From NCBI GenBank assembly GCA_965226795.1, contig CBDDDZ010000005.1, positions 480,001 through 544,000 on the forward strand: DNA of 64,000 nt. The letters are read 5' to 3'. Under the pieces are notes generated by a model. The model saw only the letters and a program-made list of their open reading frames with translations, was not told the DNA's origin and did no database searches. Made by a program: the position numbers and the translations under genes. The stretch is from Candidatus Latescibacterota bacterium (GTDB lineage: Bacteria; Latescibacterota; UBA2968; GCA-2709665). Shown here piece after piece: positions 1 through 9,781 of the stretch (positions within the stretch are counted from its first letter, which is position 1; every line of letters begins with the position of its first letter).

Positions 1-23
1 CGGGTGCCGAGAACATCGTCGAC

Positions 24-1271
24 GTGGCCGCAGCGGAGACCGCGCGGACGATCGAGCGGGTCCGGCGGGCGAGTCTGTCCGTTGCGCAGGTGGAATATGA
101 GCGTGAGCAGCATCGGGTGAATCTGAAGGAGCTTCATCGCTGGATGTGGGGCGGAAGCCGCTCGGACGTTCTGAGGCGATTGATGGATTACGAGCGCGAG
201 GTTCGGGATGCCGCTCAGACCGCGGTGCAGGGCAAAAGGCGCCCTCGTCGCAGACGTACTGAAAGCGGGGACCGGATTCCGAGGCGTACCCGCTTGCTAA
301 CGCCCATCGGGGAGAACACCCCGCCTGAGATCGCCAGGCGGATCGGAGAGACAGGGCTTTCTCCCTGGGCACTATTCTGGGCGGATGGCAATCGGACGAT
401 CCAGGAGATTTCGCAGGCCGTGGCGTGCGAGACCGGGAGCGCGGTTAAGGTGGAGCGGGCGATCGCTTATTTCGAGGCCCACGCTGAACTGGGGTACGTA
501 GAGCTTATGCGGAAGTCGGAACAGGTGACGCGCACGGACCTGGTGGCGGATCTACGGGCGCTGGGGCTGGCGCGGGGCATGGACGTGATGGTGCATAGTT
601 CCCTGTCGTCGATTGGACACGTGGTGGGTGGCGAGGATACCGTGATCGAGGCTCTGCTGACGGTGATTGGAAAGCGCGGCACACTGATGATGCCGTCGTT
701 TAACCATCGGGCCGCACAGGTATACAATCCGATGACGACGCCGACGACCAACGGCGCGATTCCCGATGCGTTCTGGCGGCGCCCGGATGCGGTTAGAAGC
801 GACCATCCCACACACGCGGTGGCTGCCGTGGGGCCCAGGGCCGAGGCCCTTTGCAGGGACCACGGCAAAAAGGGATTGTGGACGCCGGACAGCCCCATCG
901 GTCAACTCGTTCACGGGAACGGGTACGTCGTGTTGCTGGGGGTCGACCACAATGCCACAACGGCCTACCACGTGGCCGAGCTATCGGTGCCCTGCGGCTG
1001 CATCGACCCGTTTGGCAATACCTACCATGTTGTGATGCCCGGCGGCGGCGTGCGCCTGGTCAAGGGGCTGGCGTTCAGATCAACGCTGTGTCCGGTGCCG
1101 CCCGGGAAACTGAACAGGGCGCTGGATCGCAGAGGCAAGCAGCGCCGTGGAAAAGTTGGCCGGGCCGCCTCGATCTTCGTCCCGGCAATAGAGGTCTGGA
1201 AAGCGCGGCGAGACCATCTTCGGCGGGTATGTCCGACGTGTGACATCAAGCCCAGGATCGTGGAGCCTTAG
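24..1271 (+). CDS. AAC(3)-family N-acetyltransferase fused to an upstream winged-helix-like domain; probably 5'-truncated by the window edge
   Basis: C-terminal half has AAC(3) motifs: VMVHSSLSSIG, GTLMMPSF, RSDHPTHAVAAVG, LLGVDHNATTAYHVAE. Frame is open back to the window start. Confidence 0.75.
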   Translation: MAAAETARTIERVRRASLSVAQVEYEREQHRVNLKELHRWMWGGSRSDVLRRLMDYEREVRDAAQTAVQGKRRPRRRRTESGDRIPRRTRLLTPIGENTPPEIARRIGETGLSPWALFWADGNRTIQEISQAVACETGSAVKVERAIAYFEAHAELGYVELMRKSEQVTRTDLVADLRALGLARGMDVMVHSSLSSIGHVVGGEDTVIEALLTVIGKRGTLMMPSFNHRAAQVYNPMTTPTTNGAIPDAFWRRPDAVRSDHPTHAVAAVGPRAEALCRDHGKKGLWTPDSPIGQLVHGNGYVVLLGVDHNATTAYHVAELSVPCGCIDPFGNTYHVVMPGGGVRLVKGLAFRSTLCPVPPGKLNRALDRRGKQRRGKVGRAASIFVPAIEVWKARRDHLRRVCPTCDIKPRIVEP

Positions 1272-1389
1272 ACGCGCAGACCGATGAGACCGGACTGATG
1301 TGGCCGCGCGCGCAGGGAAAGGTCCAAGAGACCCGGCGCCGCCAACCTGATGCGCCTGACAACGAAACTCGGGATGGTGTCCGACACCG

Positions 1390-1483
1390 GGTGTTCTACA
1401 CCGGAGATAGATTGCCGAAATTCGGCCGCCGAGATCGGAGTAATCGGCGGAGGAACGATGATATAGTTCTGGGACAGAGCACT
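1390..1483. mobile_element. MITE family S, copy 1 (degenerate, IS630-like ends)
   Basis: Ends GTGTTCTACACCGGA ... TTCTGGGACAGAGCACT; internal GATTGCCGAAATTCGG shared with the other copies. Confidence 0.6.
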
Positions 1484-1500
1484 TTAGAGGATTGTCTGCG

Positions 1501-2796
1501 ATGAATACGGTTCGATCCACAGCGCTATTTGAAACGAGTTCCCGCTACCTCGCGATGGGTGTGTCTTCCGGGATGAGACGCGCTGTGACGTCGCCGCCGC
1601 TGTTCTTTGAGCGTGCCGAGGGGCCGTACTACTTTGACGTGGACGGGAACAGATTGCTGGATTATACACTTGCGTGGGGGCCGTTGATCCTCGGGTCGAA
1701 TCACCCGGAGTTGAACGCGGCGGTGACGGCGGCGGTTCAGAATTCATACACCCTGGGCGCCCAGCATCCGGGCGAGGTAGCGTTCGCGAAACTGCTGGTG
1801 GAAACGCTGCCGGGCGTGGACCAGGTAATTTTTTCCAATACGGGCTCTGAGGCGGTTCAGGCGGCTCTGCGGCTTGCCCGTGCGGCAACCGGACGGAGCA
1901 AGTTTGTCAAATTCGAGGGGCATTACCACGGATGGTTGAACAATATTCTGGTGAGTTACCACGAGTCCGACGAAGCACTTGGCGCTCAGGAGGCCCCCAG
2001 GGTTGTTGGCGCGTGCGGCGGACAGCCGGCGGCCGAATACGCGGAGACCATCACGTTGCCCTGGAACCGCCTGGATCTGTTGAAAAAACTGTTCGCCGAA
2101 CGGGGTGCGGATATTGCAGCGGTGATCACCGAGCCGGTGCTGGCCAACTCCGGATCCATCATGCCTGCGGAGGGGTTCCTGAAGGGGTTGGTCGATCTGT
2201 GTCGAACGAATGGTGCGGTATCGATATTTGACGAGGTTATTACCGGATTTCGACTTGCCCTGGGCGGCGCACGGGAATATTTCGACGTTATCCCCGATCT
2301 CTCGGTCTACGCAAAGGCGTTGGCCGGCGGCTTTACACTTTCCGCGGTGGCTGGGTCTCGGGGGATGTTCGACGTGCTCCGGGATGGCGCGACGATCCAC
2401 GCGGGAACCTATAACGGTAGCACGGTCAATCTTGCCGCCGGGCTTTCGACGGTCAGGGTCCTGAGCGCCAATCCCCGGGCTTTCCACCAGATGCATGCGC
2501 ATGGGTATGCGATTCGTGAGGCAATTCAAGCGGCCGCGGCTTCCACGGGTATCCCGGTTTGCATTTCGGGAGTGGGCACGGTCTTTAACGTCCATTTTGG
2601 CGTTCAGTCACTGCCCGTGCACTATCGGGACCTGAAAGCGACGGATATGGCGCTTTACACGCGGTTCCGGGCGGGCATGCTGGAGGCGGGCATTCAATTG
2701 TTGCCCGATGGCCGCTGGTACGTGGGACTGACTCATGGAGAAGAGGAATTGAATATGGTGCGCGCAGCGGTACGGTCGGTCGTTGCCGCGCTCTAG
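1501..2796 (+). CDS. Class III aminotransferase, glutamate-1-semialdehyde aminomutase-like
   Basis: SNTGSEA, KFEGHYHG, FDEVITGFR, YAKALAGG (PLP Lys), HAGTYNG. Confidence 0.88.
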   Translation: MNTVRSTALFETSSRYLAMGVSSGMRRAVTSPPLFFERAEGPYYFDVDGNRLLDYTLAWGPLILGSNHPELNAAVTAAVQNSYTLGAQHPGEVAFAKLLVETLPGVDQVIFSNTGSEAVQAALRLARAATGRSKFVKFEGHYHGWLNNILVSYHESDEALGAQEAPRVVGACGGQPAAEYAETITLPWNRLDLLKKLFAERGADIAAVITEPVLANSGSIMPAEGFLKGLVDLCRTNGAVSIFDEVITGFRLALGGAREYFDVIPDLSVYAKALAGGFTLSAVAGSRGMFDVLRDGATIHAGTYNGSTVNLAAGLSTVRVLSANPRAFHQMHAHGYAIREAIQAAAASTGIPVCISGVGTVFNVHFGVQSLPVHYRDLKATDMALYTRFRAGMLEAGIQLLPDGRWYVGLTHGEEELNMVRAAVRSVVAAL

Positions 2797-2943
2797 TGTC
2801 CTTTCCCATAAATATATCGACATTCTTCCACCGATTCATCACGCCTCGCTGCGTTGGGCCGACCTTGCGCAGGTCGCAGGCACCTTGCCAGCCGGGCGAC
2901 TCGTCGGCCGAATTGAGGCAATCTATTTCCGGGACAGACCACT
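2795..2943. mobile_element. MITE family S, copy 2
   Basis: Left end AGTGTCCTTTCCCATAAA overlaps the upstream TAG stop; right end TTTCCGGGACAGACCACT; internal CGACCT-TGCGC-AGGTCG hairpin; aligns with 60913-61097. Confidence 0.7.
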
Positions 2944-3086
2944 GGGCCGGTCTGCGCCTGCTGGATTTACAGGGTCAAAAGCCTTGACAACGCGGAGGCG
3001 TTGTGGTAAAATCACAAAGGAGCCGCGCATAACGGTTCTTTCGCGAATTGCAATTCGCTCAGATGAAAATCCGGAGGATAACATAA

Positions 3087-3863
3087 ATGGGGATGGACGA
3101 CATTCAACCTCTTCTGGATAGCTGGCCATACGAGCCCGATAAACTCTGTGTCAGGAGAATCAAGGGGAGGGATGGCCAGGAAAAAATCCAACTCCGGGTG
3201 GAGATGGGGATATTGCAGATGGAAGTCGAGGGCCGCCCCGACGGGCAGCGTCCCCACGGATATGAGTCGTTGCTCCATTACTACAAAGCAATGGTGCGGG
3301 CGTCGTTGCGGGATTCCAAGTCATTCAACCTCGATCCCGATGTCTGCCTTGCACTTCAGGTTGAAGGACTCCAGTATTACCATCGGCGGATCAGCTTTCT
3401 GGAACTGGGACAATATCGACTTGCCCAGGAGGACGCTCAGCGAAACCTCGACATGTTTGACTTCGTCAAGGAATACGCGCGCGAAGAAGAAGATAGTATG
3501 GTTCTAGAGCAATACAGACCGTTCGTGATCGGGCATCGCGTGCGTGCGGTGGTTCTGCAGGAATTGGAGGCGGAGAATTTCGATCGGGCGCTCCTGGAAA
3601 TTAATAGCGGCATTGAAGAGATCCAGGGCTTTTTCAAAGAGTACGACCGGCCCGACCTGGTGGAAGACAGCGAAGAGGTGGTATTCTTGAAGGAATGGGC
3701 TGAAGAGATTCACAAGGATCGGCCCAGACCTCTGTTTCAAGACCTCAAGGAGCAACTCAGCGAGGCTGTTGCCATTGAAGATTTCGAACGGGCCGCGAAG
3801 CTTCGGGATCAGCTCCAAACGCTTTCCTCCGGGGCAGACCAAAAATCCGGATCCCGCAAATAG
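3087..3863 (+). CDS. UvrB/UvrC (UVR) motif-containing conserved protein
   Basis: C-terminal LKEQLSEAVAIEDFERAAKLRDQL UVR motif; N-terminal QLRVEMGILQMEVEGRPDG; SD GGAGG. Confidence 0.8.
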   Translation: MGMDDIQPLLDSWPYEPDKLCVRRIKGRDGQEKIQLRVEMGILQMEVEGRPDGQRPHGYESLLHYYKAMVRASLRDSKSFNLDPDVCLALQVEGLQYYHRRISFLELGQYRLAQEDAQRNLDMFDFVKEYAREEEDSMVLEQYRPFVIGHRVRAVVLQELEAENFDRALLEINSGIEEIQGFFKEYDRPDLVEDSEEVVFLKEWAEEIHKDRPRPLFQDLKEQLSEAVAIEDFERAAKLRDQLQTLSSGADQKSGSRK

Positions 3864-3911
3864 GGCCCGTCGCCCGGCACACCGGAACCTGTTCGGAAAG
3901 GGATTCATCTA

Positions 3912-5240
3912 TTGGCAGGGCATGAGGTAATTACAGCCAGGGAGCCGGAACGCGCGATTCTGGTGGGGATGGCGCTTCCGGGCAATTCATCCTGGGATAC
4001 TAACGACACGTTGAATGAACTTGCGTTGCTCGCCGATACGGCCGGCGCGCAGGTTGTGGACCGGATGGTGCAGGAGCGAGAAAGCATCGATCCGGCTTTT
4101 TTTATTGGCCGGGGCAAGGCTGAGGAACTTGCGCTCCGTGTGAAGCAGATGAATGCACAGGTGGTGATTTTCGACGATGACCTGTCACCTGCCCAGTTCA
4201 AGAATTTGGAGGAACTGGCGGGAGTCAACGTAATCGACAGGAGCCGGCTGATTCTGGACATTTTCGCCGTTAGGGCGAAAACTCGCGAGGCCCAGACCCA
4301 GGTGGAGTTGGCACAGCTCAATTATCTGTTGCCGCGTCTGACGCGTCGATGGACGCATCTGTCGCGCCAGGCCGGCCACGGCGGGACCACAGGCGGAATA
4401 GGAACACGGGGCCCTGGAGAGACTCAGTTGGAGGTGGACCGCCGGGCACTGCGGAGTCGGATCGGGGTATTGACCAAGGCGCTGAAAAGGATCGCCCGGC
4501 GGCGTGTGCTGGGGCGAAAACAGCGTGCGGATACATTCCGTATTTCCCTGGTGGGCTATACAAATGCCGGAAAATCAACGCTTATGCGCGCGCTTTCCGG
4601 CGCGGACGTGCTGGTGGAGGACCGCCTGTTTGCAACGCTGGACTCAACGACCCGCAGAGTATACCTGGGGTATAATCGGGAGATTTTACTTTCCGACACG
4701 GTCGGGTTTATTCGAAAACTGCCCCATCACCTTGTCGCCTCGTTCAGAAGCACTCTCGAGGAGGTGGTGGACGCGGATCTGCTATTGCACGTTGTCGATG
4801 TGAGCCATCCCAAATGCAGGGAGCAGATTGCGGCGGTGAATGAAACGCTCCAGGGACTGGGTATTGCAGAGTACCCGACGTTGATGGCCTTCAACAAGAT
4901 CGACCGGTTTCACGATCCTGGAATGCAGAGGCATATGCAGGCCGAGTTTCCCGACGGCATCTGGATCTCGGCTCAAGAGGACCAGGGGTTGGACGATCTG
5001 CGATTGGCGATTTACGACCGGCTCGAGGGCGAGCGCACCCTGATGGATTTGCGCATTCCCCAGTCGGAAGGCAAACTGCTTTCGGAGTTGTATCGTGTGG
5101 GCGAAATTCTAAGTACGGCCTATGAAGGAAACGATGTGTTTCTGGAGGTCAAGCTGAACCATGAGAACGCCAGGCGGCTCTTGCCTGACGGGAAATTTCG
5201 GATCAAGCGGCGAATTGAAAATCTGCCGGTCCGGCCGTAA
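3912..5240 (+). CDS. hflX: GTPase HflX
   Basis: GTRGPGETQLEVDRR, GYTNAGKST, LFATLD, DTVGF, NKID. Confidence 0.95.
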   Translation: MAGHEVITAREPERAILVGMALPGNSSWDTNDTLNELALLADTAGAQVVDRMVQERESIDPAFFIGRGKAEELALRVKQMNAQVVIFDDDLSPAQFKNLEELAGVNVIDRSRLILDIFAVRAKTREAQTQVELAQLNYLLPRLTRRWTHLSRQAGHGGTTGGIGTRGPGETQLEVDRRALRSRIGVLTKALKRIARRRVLGRKQRADTFRISLVGYTNAGKSTLMRALSGADVLVEDRLFATLDSTTRRVYLGYNREILLSDTVGFIRKLPHHLVASFRSTLEEVVDADLLLHVVDVSHPKCREQIAAVNETLQGLGIAEYPTLMAFNKIDRFHDPGMQRHMQAEFPDGIWISAQEDQGLDDLRLAIYDRLEGERTLMDLRIPQSEGKLLSELYRVGEILSTAYEGNDVFLEVKLNHENARRLLPDGKFRIKRRIENLPVRP

Positions 5241-5260
5241 TCCGGTTCGAAAGCCGGATT
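5239..5260. terminator. Hairpin between convergent hflX and bactofilin genes
   Basis: AATCCGGTT-CGAA-AGCCGGATT stem-loop directly at the hflX stop. Confidence 0.5.
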
Positions 5261-5366
5261 TCAGCGTTGATGTATGTACCTGGCCAAATTAAACAGGCGT
5301 TTGCGGAAAGGAACCGCGAACGCCTGTTTTTTCTGTAGAACCGTTATATGTGGATGCGCCGGACGA

Positions 5367-5789
5367 TTAGTTCGGCGTTGCTTCATCTGTTTCGGCAGAG
5401 GGGGGCTCCTGTGTGTCGACCACCGATGAAGGCTCATTTTTTTCTCCGGCGGCGCACTTACCCTTGATGATGGCCCCTTCTTCCACGACGATCGAACGTG
5501 CGGCGATGTCTCCCGTAAAGACGGCACTCGCTTCCAGCTTGACACTTCCTTCTGCTACCAGTTTGCCCGTGACTTCACCGCCTATCACCGCGTCGCGTAC
5601 CCGAACGATTTCTGCTTCCACTTTTCCGGTAGGACCGATGACAAGGGTGCCTGACGCATGCAGTTCGCCTTTTAGCGTCCCATCCAACCGGATGCTTTCT
5701 TCGGTTCTTACAGATCCTTCCATAACCGTGTTTATGCCTATCACCGTCTTGATGGCTTCCTTTTCCAATTTTTGTTTGAACGCCAACAT
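5367..5789 (-). CDS. Bactofilin (polymer-forming cytoskeletal protein)
   Basis: TVIGINTVMEGSV, IRLDGTLKG, IGGEVTG, VEEGAIIKGKC beta-helix pattern. Confidence 0.9.
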   Translation of the reverse strand: MLAFKQKLEKEAIKTVIGINTVMEGSVRTEESIRLDGTLKGELHASGTLVIGPTGKVEAEIVRVRDAVIGGEVTGKLVAEGSVKLEASAVFTGDIAARSIVVEEGAIIKGKCAAGEKNEPSSVVDTQEPPSAETDEATPN

Positions 5790-5935
5790 ACCGATATCCG
5801 TTTTTGGGTGTTTCCTTTGTTCAGGATGATTGTCTTACGGGTTTGGGGTTCACCGCTTTCCGGAACCCCGCAATGGGGGGATGGTCCGGTGAAAAGACTG
5901 AAGGATCCAACTGATTTTAAGCGGATATCCCGAAT

Positions 5936-6382
5936 TCATCTGGCGTCTACGGAATCTCGAGGTGACCCGGAAGAGCGCTTCGCTGCGTTGGCGACGGCCG
6001 TGCCGTCATTTCCATTCTCCGCCTGGCGTCCGGATGGCATTGGATTCGGATAGGCGGCCGGCGCCAAACCGCCGTTGGGCAACAGCATCTGACGCAGTTT
6101 CTGATCGGTTCCCTGGATTCGCCTGAGAGTGAGTGCCAGTTCTTCAATGCGGGCGACTTCCGCGTTCAGCCGGATGTTTTCTTCCTTGTGTGTCTGTGCC
6201 GATTGTCTCCACTCTTGAACCTTCCAGAAAAAGGCAAGTTCCAGGGCCAGCAGTACTAGCAGCAGGACAAGGGTGCCGGCCGCCGCCCTCAGCGGCCAGT
6301 AGCCGAGCTTGAAAACCACGGTGCGCGAACTGTCATCGGGAACAAACAGAACGGATATGTTCCTGCGGCGTTGTCTGGCCAC
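5936..6382 (-). CDS. Membrane-anchored coiled-coil protein resembling the N-terminus of M23 peptidases, without the catalytic domain
   Basis: Basic N-terminus + ISVLFVPD, one TM helix, coiled coil; directly upstream of bactofilin; no HxGxD/HxH motif. Confidence 0.6.
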   Translation of the reverse strand: MARQRRRNISVLFVPDDSSRTVVFKLGYWPLRAAAGTLVLLLVLLALELAFFWKVQEWRQSAQTHKEENIRLNAEVARIEELALTLRRIQGTDQKLRQMLLPNGGLAPAAYPNPMPSGRQAENGNDGTAVANAAKRSSGSPRDSVDAR

Positions 6383-6835
6383 CCGTGAGGTCTCCTTCCC
6401 GGAAAAATTCAGACTCCAACCTGTAATCGTCAGTTGTCGGGTTCGGCAGGCAACGGTTGGCGTTGAATCCGGCGTTAGTTTGGGTTACCGGGGGTTTCAC
6501 CGGTGGCGAGCCCCTTTGACCCCCACTGAGTTAGCCTTGATCCATCATATCTGAGCGACATTGGCTTGGATTTATCCGCAAGAACGCAGGCGATTTTATA
6601 TCAAGGAGTACGTGATTCTATGGTTCACCTGATGTGAACGGAGAAACAGCGTATTTCAATGGAAGAAATATCTGATTTCTCCCGGCCCTGACCATGCTGC
6701 CGACTTTATGTTTTTGACGACTCAAGGTTAGGCCCTGGGCTTCCCTTTGTCAAGCGATTTCAGACGGGGGCGCCGCCCGATGACGGCGATTGTTCTCCAG
6801 GGTGCCGATCGGTGTCCCTGACCGGATGTTACCAT

Positions 6836-7009
6836 TCAAACGCGTTTCTGCAGAAGCCAGCCTGCCGCGAACATCAGACCGCCGAGGATTGCAAAGCGTA
6901 CCTCCCGGCCGATGTCCTCTTCGTATAGACCGACAAACAGGCCGTACCCCATATAGATGAGACCGGCAAGTTGAAGGGTGCGGGCAAGCAGGCGCATTGG
7001 AAACCCCAT
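6836..7009 (-). CDS. Small two-TM hypothetical membrane protein
   Basis: SD AGGAGGTG; two hydrophobic segments. Confidence 0.6.
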   Translation of the reverse strand: MGFPMRLLARTLQLAGLIYMGYGLFVGLYEEDIGREVRFAILGGLMFAAGWLLQKRV

Positions 7010-7418
7010 CCTCACCTCCTCCCGTCCCATCCGCGTTTCGCGACGGTAGATTCGGCGAAGGCGTGCCGTCTACACTTCAAACATTAAGAAATCGCCGTCA
7101 ATCTGTCAATAGGCCAAGCCATCATCGCGGTTGAATCCGGCGCTATCGAGTTCGGCGAAACCCAAAACGCCGGTCCCCGACGAATGACAGGACATCCAGC
7201 AACAGTCGAAGTCCGGCTTCCCAACCGTGTTGAGGCGCCAGGAAACGCAAGCCAGCCGAATGAAGGCTTGCGAAACGATCCCCACATGGAAGAACAATAG
7301 CCGACATCGCAAGATATCGGCTTTCGATTGCGTGGGCCGCAGATGGCGATATGACCGCCCGGCGTTATTGTTTTCCGCTACACGGTATAGAAAGGCGGCG
7401 CCGGACGCCAGGTTGTGG

Positions 7419-7883
7419 CTAAAACGCTTTGTTAAGGTTTAATCGGACGCCTCTGCGGTTGAGGTCTCCATTCACGGCAAGGCCTATGCCTCTCATTTCG
7501 ACCACGTTGTTTCTCACTTCGGGAGGTGGGAGGTCCTCTGCTTCATCCGACAGAAAGACGTGGACCGAGTACGCCAGGGTGCCGACGCCGAGGCCGAGCA
7601 TGATGGCGGCCCTGGTGTCACCGGATCTACTTTCGCTGTAAAGTTCACCCGCAGTTTGGGATGATGTTGTGGTTCTGTATCGCTCGAATGAGTCGTCCGC
7701 GTCCTTCCTGGCTGCGTGTGCCTCCTTGAAGAACCAGATGCTCGCCCCGAGTGACAGCGTTCCGTAGAGTTTTTTGGAATAGAGGAAATCTTTCTTTTTC
7801 TTCTGCGCCTGCACCGGAACCGCCGAAAGTATCAGCATGGTGACGGCAACGGCGAGTGCGCAAACCCGGGTACGGTTCTCCAT
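7419..7883 (-). CDS. Hypothetical exported/membrane protein
   Basis: Signal peptide (AVPVQA); SD GGAGG; follows tolC in the same orientation. Confidence 0.65.
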   Translation of the reverse strand: MENRTRVCALAVAVTMLILSAVPVQAQKKKKDFLYSKKLYGTLSLGASIWFFKEAHAARKDADDSFERYRTTTSSQTAGELYSESRSGDTRAAIMLGLGVGTLAYSVHVFLSDEAEDLPPPEVRNNVVEMRGIGLAVNGDLNRRGVRLNLNKAF

Positions 7884-7926
7884 AAAATCCTCCCCAGAAC
7901 TTATCTACCTTTACCGCGGTTTCCGT

Positions 7927-9303
7927 TCATTCCTCGGTTTGAACAAGCGGTCCGCCTACGTGCTGTTCCAACTGAGCCAATTCAATCTGATATTGGAATC
8001 TTTCCTGCACGAGCTGATTTCGGGCCGCAAAGAGCTGGAGTTGTGCATTCTGGCGTTCGAGGAAAGTGCCGCCGCCCAGTTTGTAGCGCTGGTCCTGAAG
8101 CCTGAAAGCTTCTTCGGCGGCTTTAACGGCCGCTTCGTTGGCGGTGATGCTCCGGCGAAGCCTTTCGAGGTTCAGGAACGACAGCTTGATGTCCATCGCT
8201 CTCTGACGTTTCGCCTGGTCGAGTTGATCCCGGCTCCTCAGATACTCCAGCTTCTGGATCTTGATGTTATTTTCTGTAGTCAGCTTGTTGAAAATCGGCA
8301 GGCTGACGTTGATGCTCGCGCTGTAGGAGTAGTTCTTGACGAAGAGGTCTTCCACGCCCGCGAAATTCTCGCCCCGGTTCAATTGCCAGCCGTACCCTCC
8401 GCTACCCGATATCGTCGGGAAGCGTACGCCGTATTTTGTGGCTCTCAGCTGATCCCTGCTTGCAAGCATTCTGTGTTTTTGCGCCAGTATTTGTGGATTT
8501 CCCTTTAGTGCCCGTTCCACCGACTCCTGGTAGGTGATGGGCGGGGGCGTAATTGAAAACGTCTTCTCGGTCGGATAAATGTTCACGTCGGGACTGAGTC
8601 CGAGTGAGAACGCGAGCTCTGCGCGAGCGATGGCAACGTCGTTTTCCCTGCCGATAAGTGCGACGCGATCGCCCGCCAGTTGAGATTCGGCGCTAAAGAC
8701 GTCGGAGATGGCGGAAGAGCCGATCTCATACAGCGTATTTTCTCGGCGCAGGCTCTCTTCCGATACGCTGACCTGCTCTTTCGCCAGTTCCAGTTGCTCG
8801 TTTCTCTGGAGAAGGGTAAAATATCGCCCCTTCACCTGAAGAATGGTCTGCTGCCGGGTGCCGGAAAGATCCATCTCCGCCGCCCGCGCAGTCTTCTTGC
8901 TGGCCGACAGATTCGCGAAGTCGGCGGCGTTGAAGATGGTAAAGCTCAGGCTCGACCCCACCGATTGGGACCCGCCCACCCGGTCCTCGCCCAGGGTGGT
9001 GATGATTGTCTGCGTTGTCTGATCGAAAATGGCGCCTTCCCGGGGGCCGGTGATACTTCTGGAAATGCGGTAGCTGCTGCCCAGCGTTGGCAGAAACGCG
9101 TTTCGATTGTTGTCGATCCGGGCGACAGCGACCTCCCGCGAGAAGCGGGCCTGGGTAATTGCCGTGTTGTTGCCCAGCGCAATTTCGATGCATTCGGTGA
9201 GGCTGAGGTGCATTTCTCTGGATGCCTCCTCCTCGGCCGAGACCGGCGAAGAAATGACCGCGGCAATGGTGACCAGCAGCGCGGTTCTCAGCACACGTGA
9301 CAT
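7927..9303 (-). CDS. TolC-family outer membrane efflux protein
   Basis: LSLTECIEIALGNN, two OEP-like repeats, RYKLGGGTFLE; start chosen from SD AGGAG. Confidence 0.9.
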   Translation of the reverse strand: MSRVLRTALLVTIAAVISSPVSAEEEASREMHLSLTECIEIALGNNTAITQARFSREVAVARIDNNRNAFLPTLGSSYRISRSITGPREGAIFDQTTQTIITTLGEDRVGGSQSVGSSLSFTIFNAADFANLSASKKTARAAEMDLSGTRQQTILQVKGRYFTLLQRNEQLELAKEQVSVSEESLRRENTLYEIGSSAISDVFSAESQLAGDRVALIGRENDVAIARAELAFSLGLSPDVNIYPTEKTFSITPPPITYQESVERALKGNPQILAQKHRMLASRDQLRATKYGVRFPTISGSGGYGWQLNRGENFAGVEDLFVKNYSYSASINVSLPIFNKLTTENNIKIQKLEYLRSRDQLDQAKRQRAMDIKLSFLNLERLRRSITANEAAVKAAEEAFRLQDQRYKLGGGTFLERQNAQLQLFAARNQLVQERFQYQIELAQLEQHVGGPLVQTEE

Positions 9304-9781
9304 ACAGGGCGCTCCTAAATTCATCTCTTCACAGCCCTTTCGATGTCCTGGAAAAGGCGGAATCATTGCGTTGTTTTAGACTGGTTTGTACCTGTTCAGG
9401 TCCATTCCCGGTGAGTTCGATCCGGGGGGATTGTCGGGCTTGGGTGAACAATTCCTTTCCGACCTTCCTGGCCTGGACCGAAAAACACGGCCGGCCTGGT
9501 CGACATTTCAGAATGGCGGTCAGGCCTGCAGGATGCCGGTCATTCAATTAGACAACCCAAAACGAAAAAAGTTACCGGTAAATCGCTTCCCGCCGGGGAT
9601 GACGAACTACAAAGTAAACAGAATTCAGGCGAAAAGGAAAGCGAAAACTTCCGTGTATGCAGACTCTGAATTGACGCAGTGGTTCCGAATCGGCGTGAAC
9701 GCGGCGGGTTTCTGCGGGCTCTATGGGTCGTGCCGGTGAGTTGGCATCTGTTTCCCGCCCGCCAGGTTCTGACTCCAGGCG

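Noticed and set aside
6400..7420. Possible ncRNA or riboswitch in the intergenic gaps
   Set aside because: No recognisable Rfam-type motif by eye; needs a covariance-model search.
9370..9780. tRNA-like GTTCGA motif near 9415
   Set aside because: No cloverleaf, D-arm or acceptor stem can be formed.
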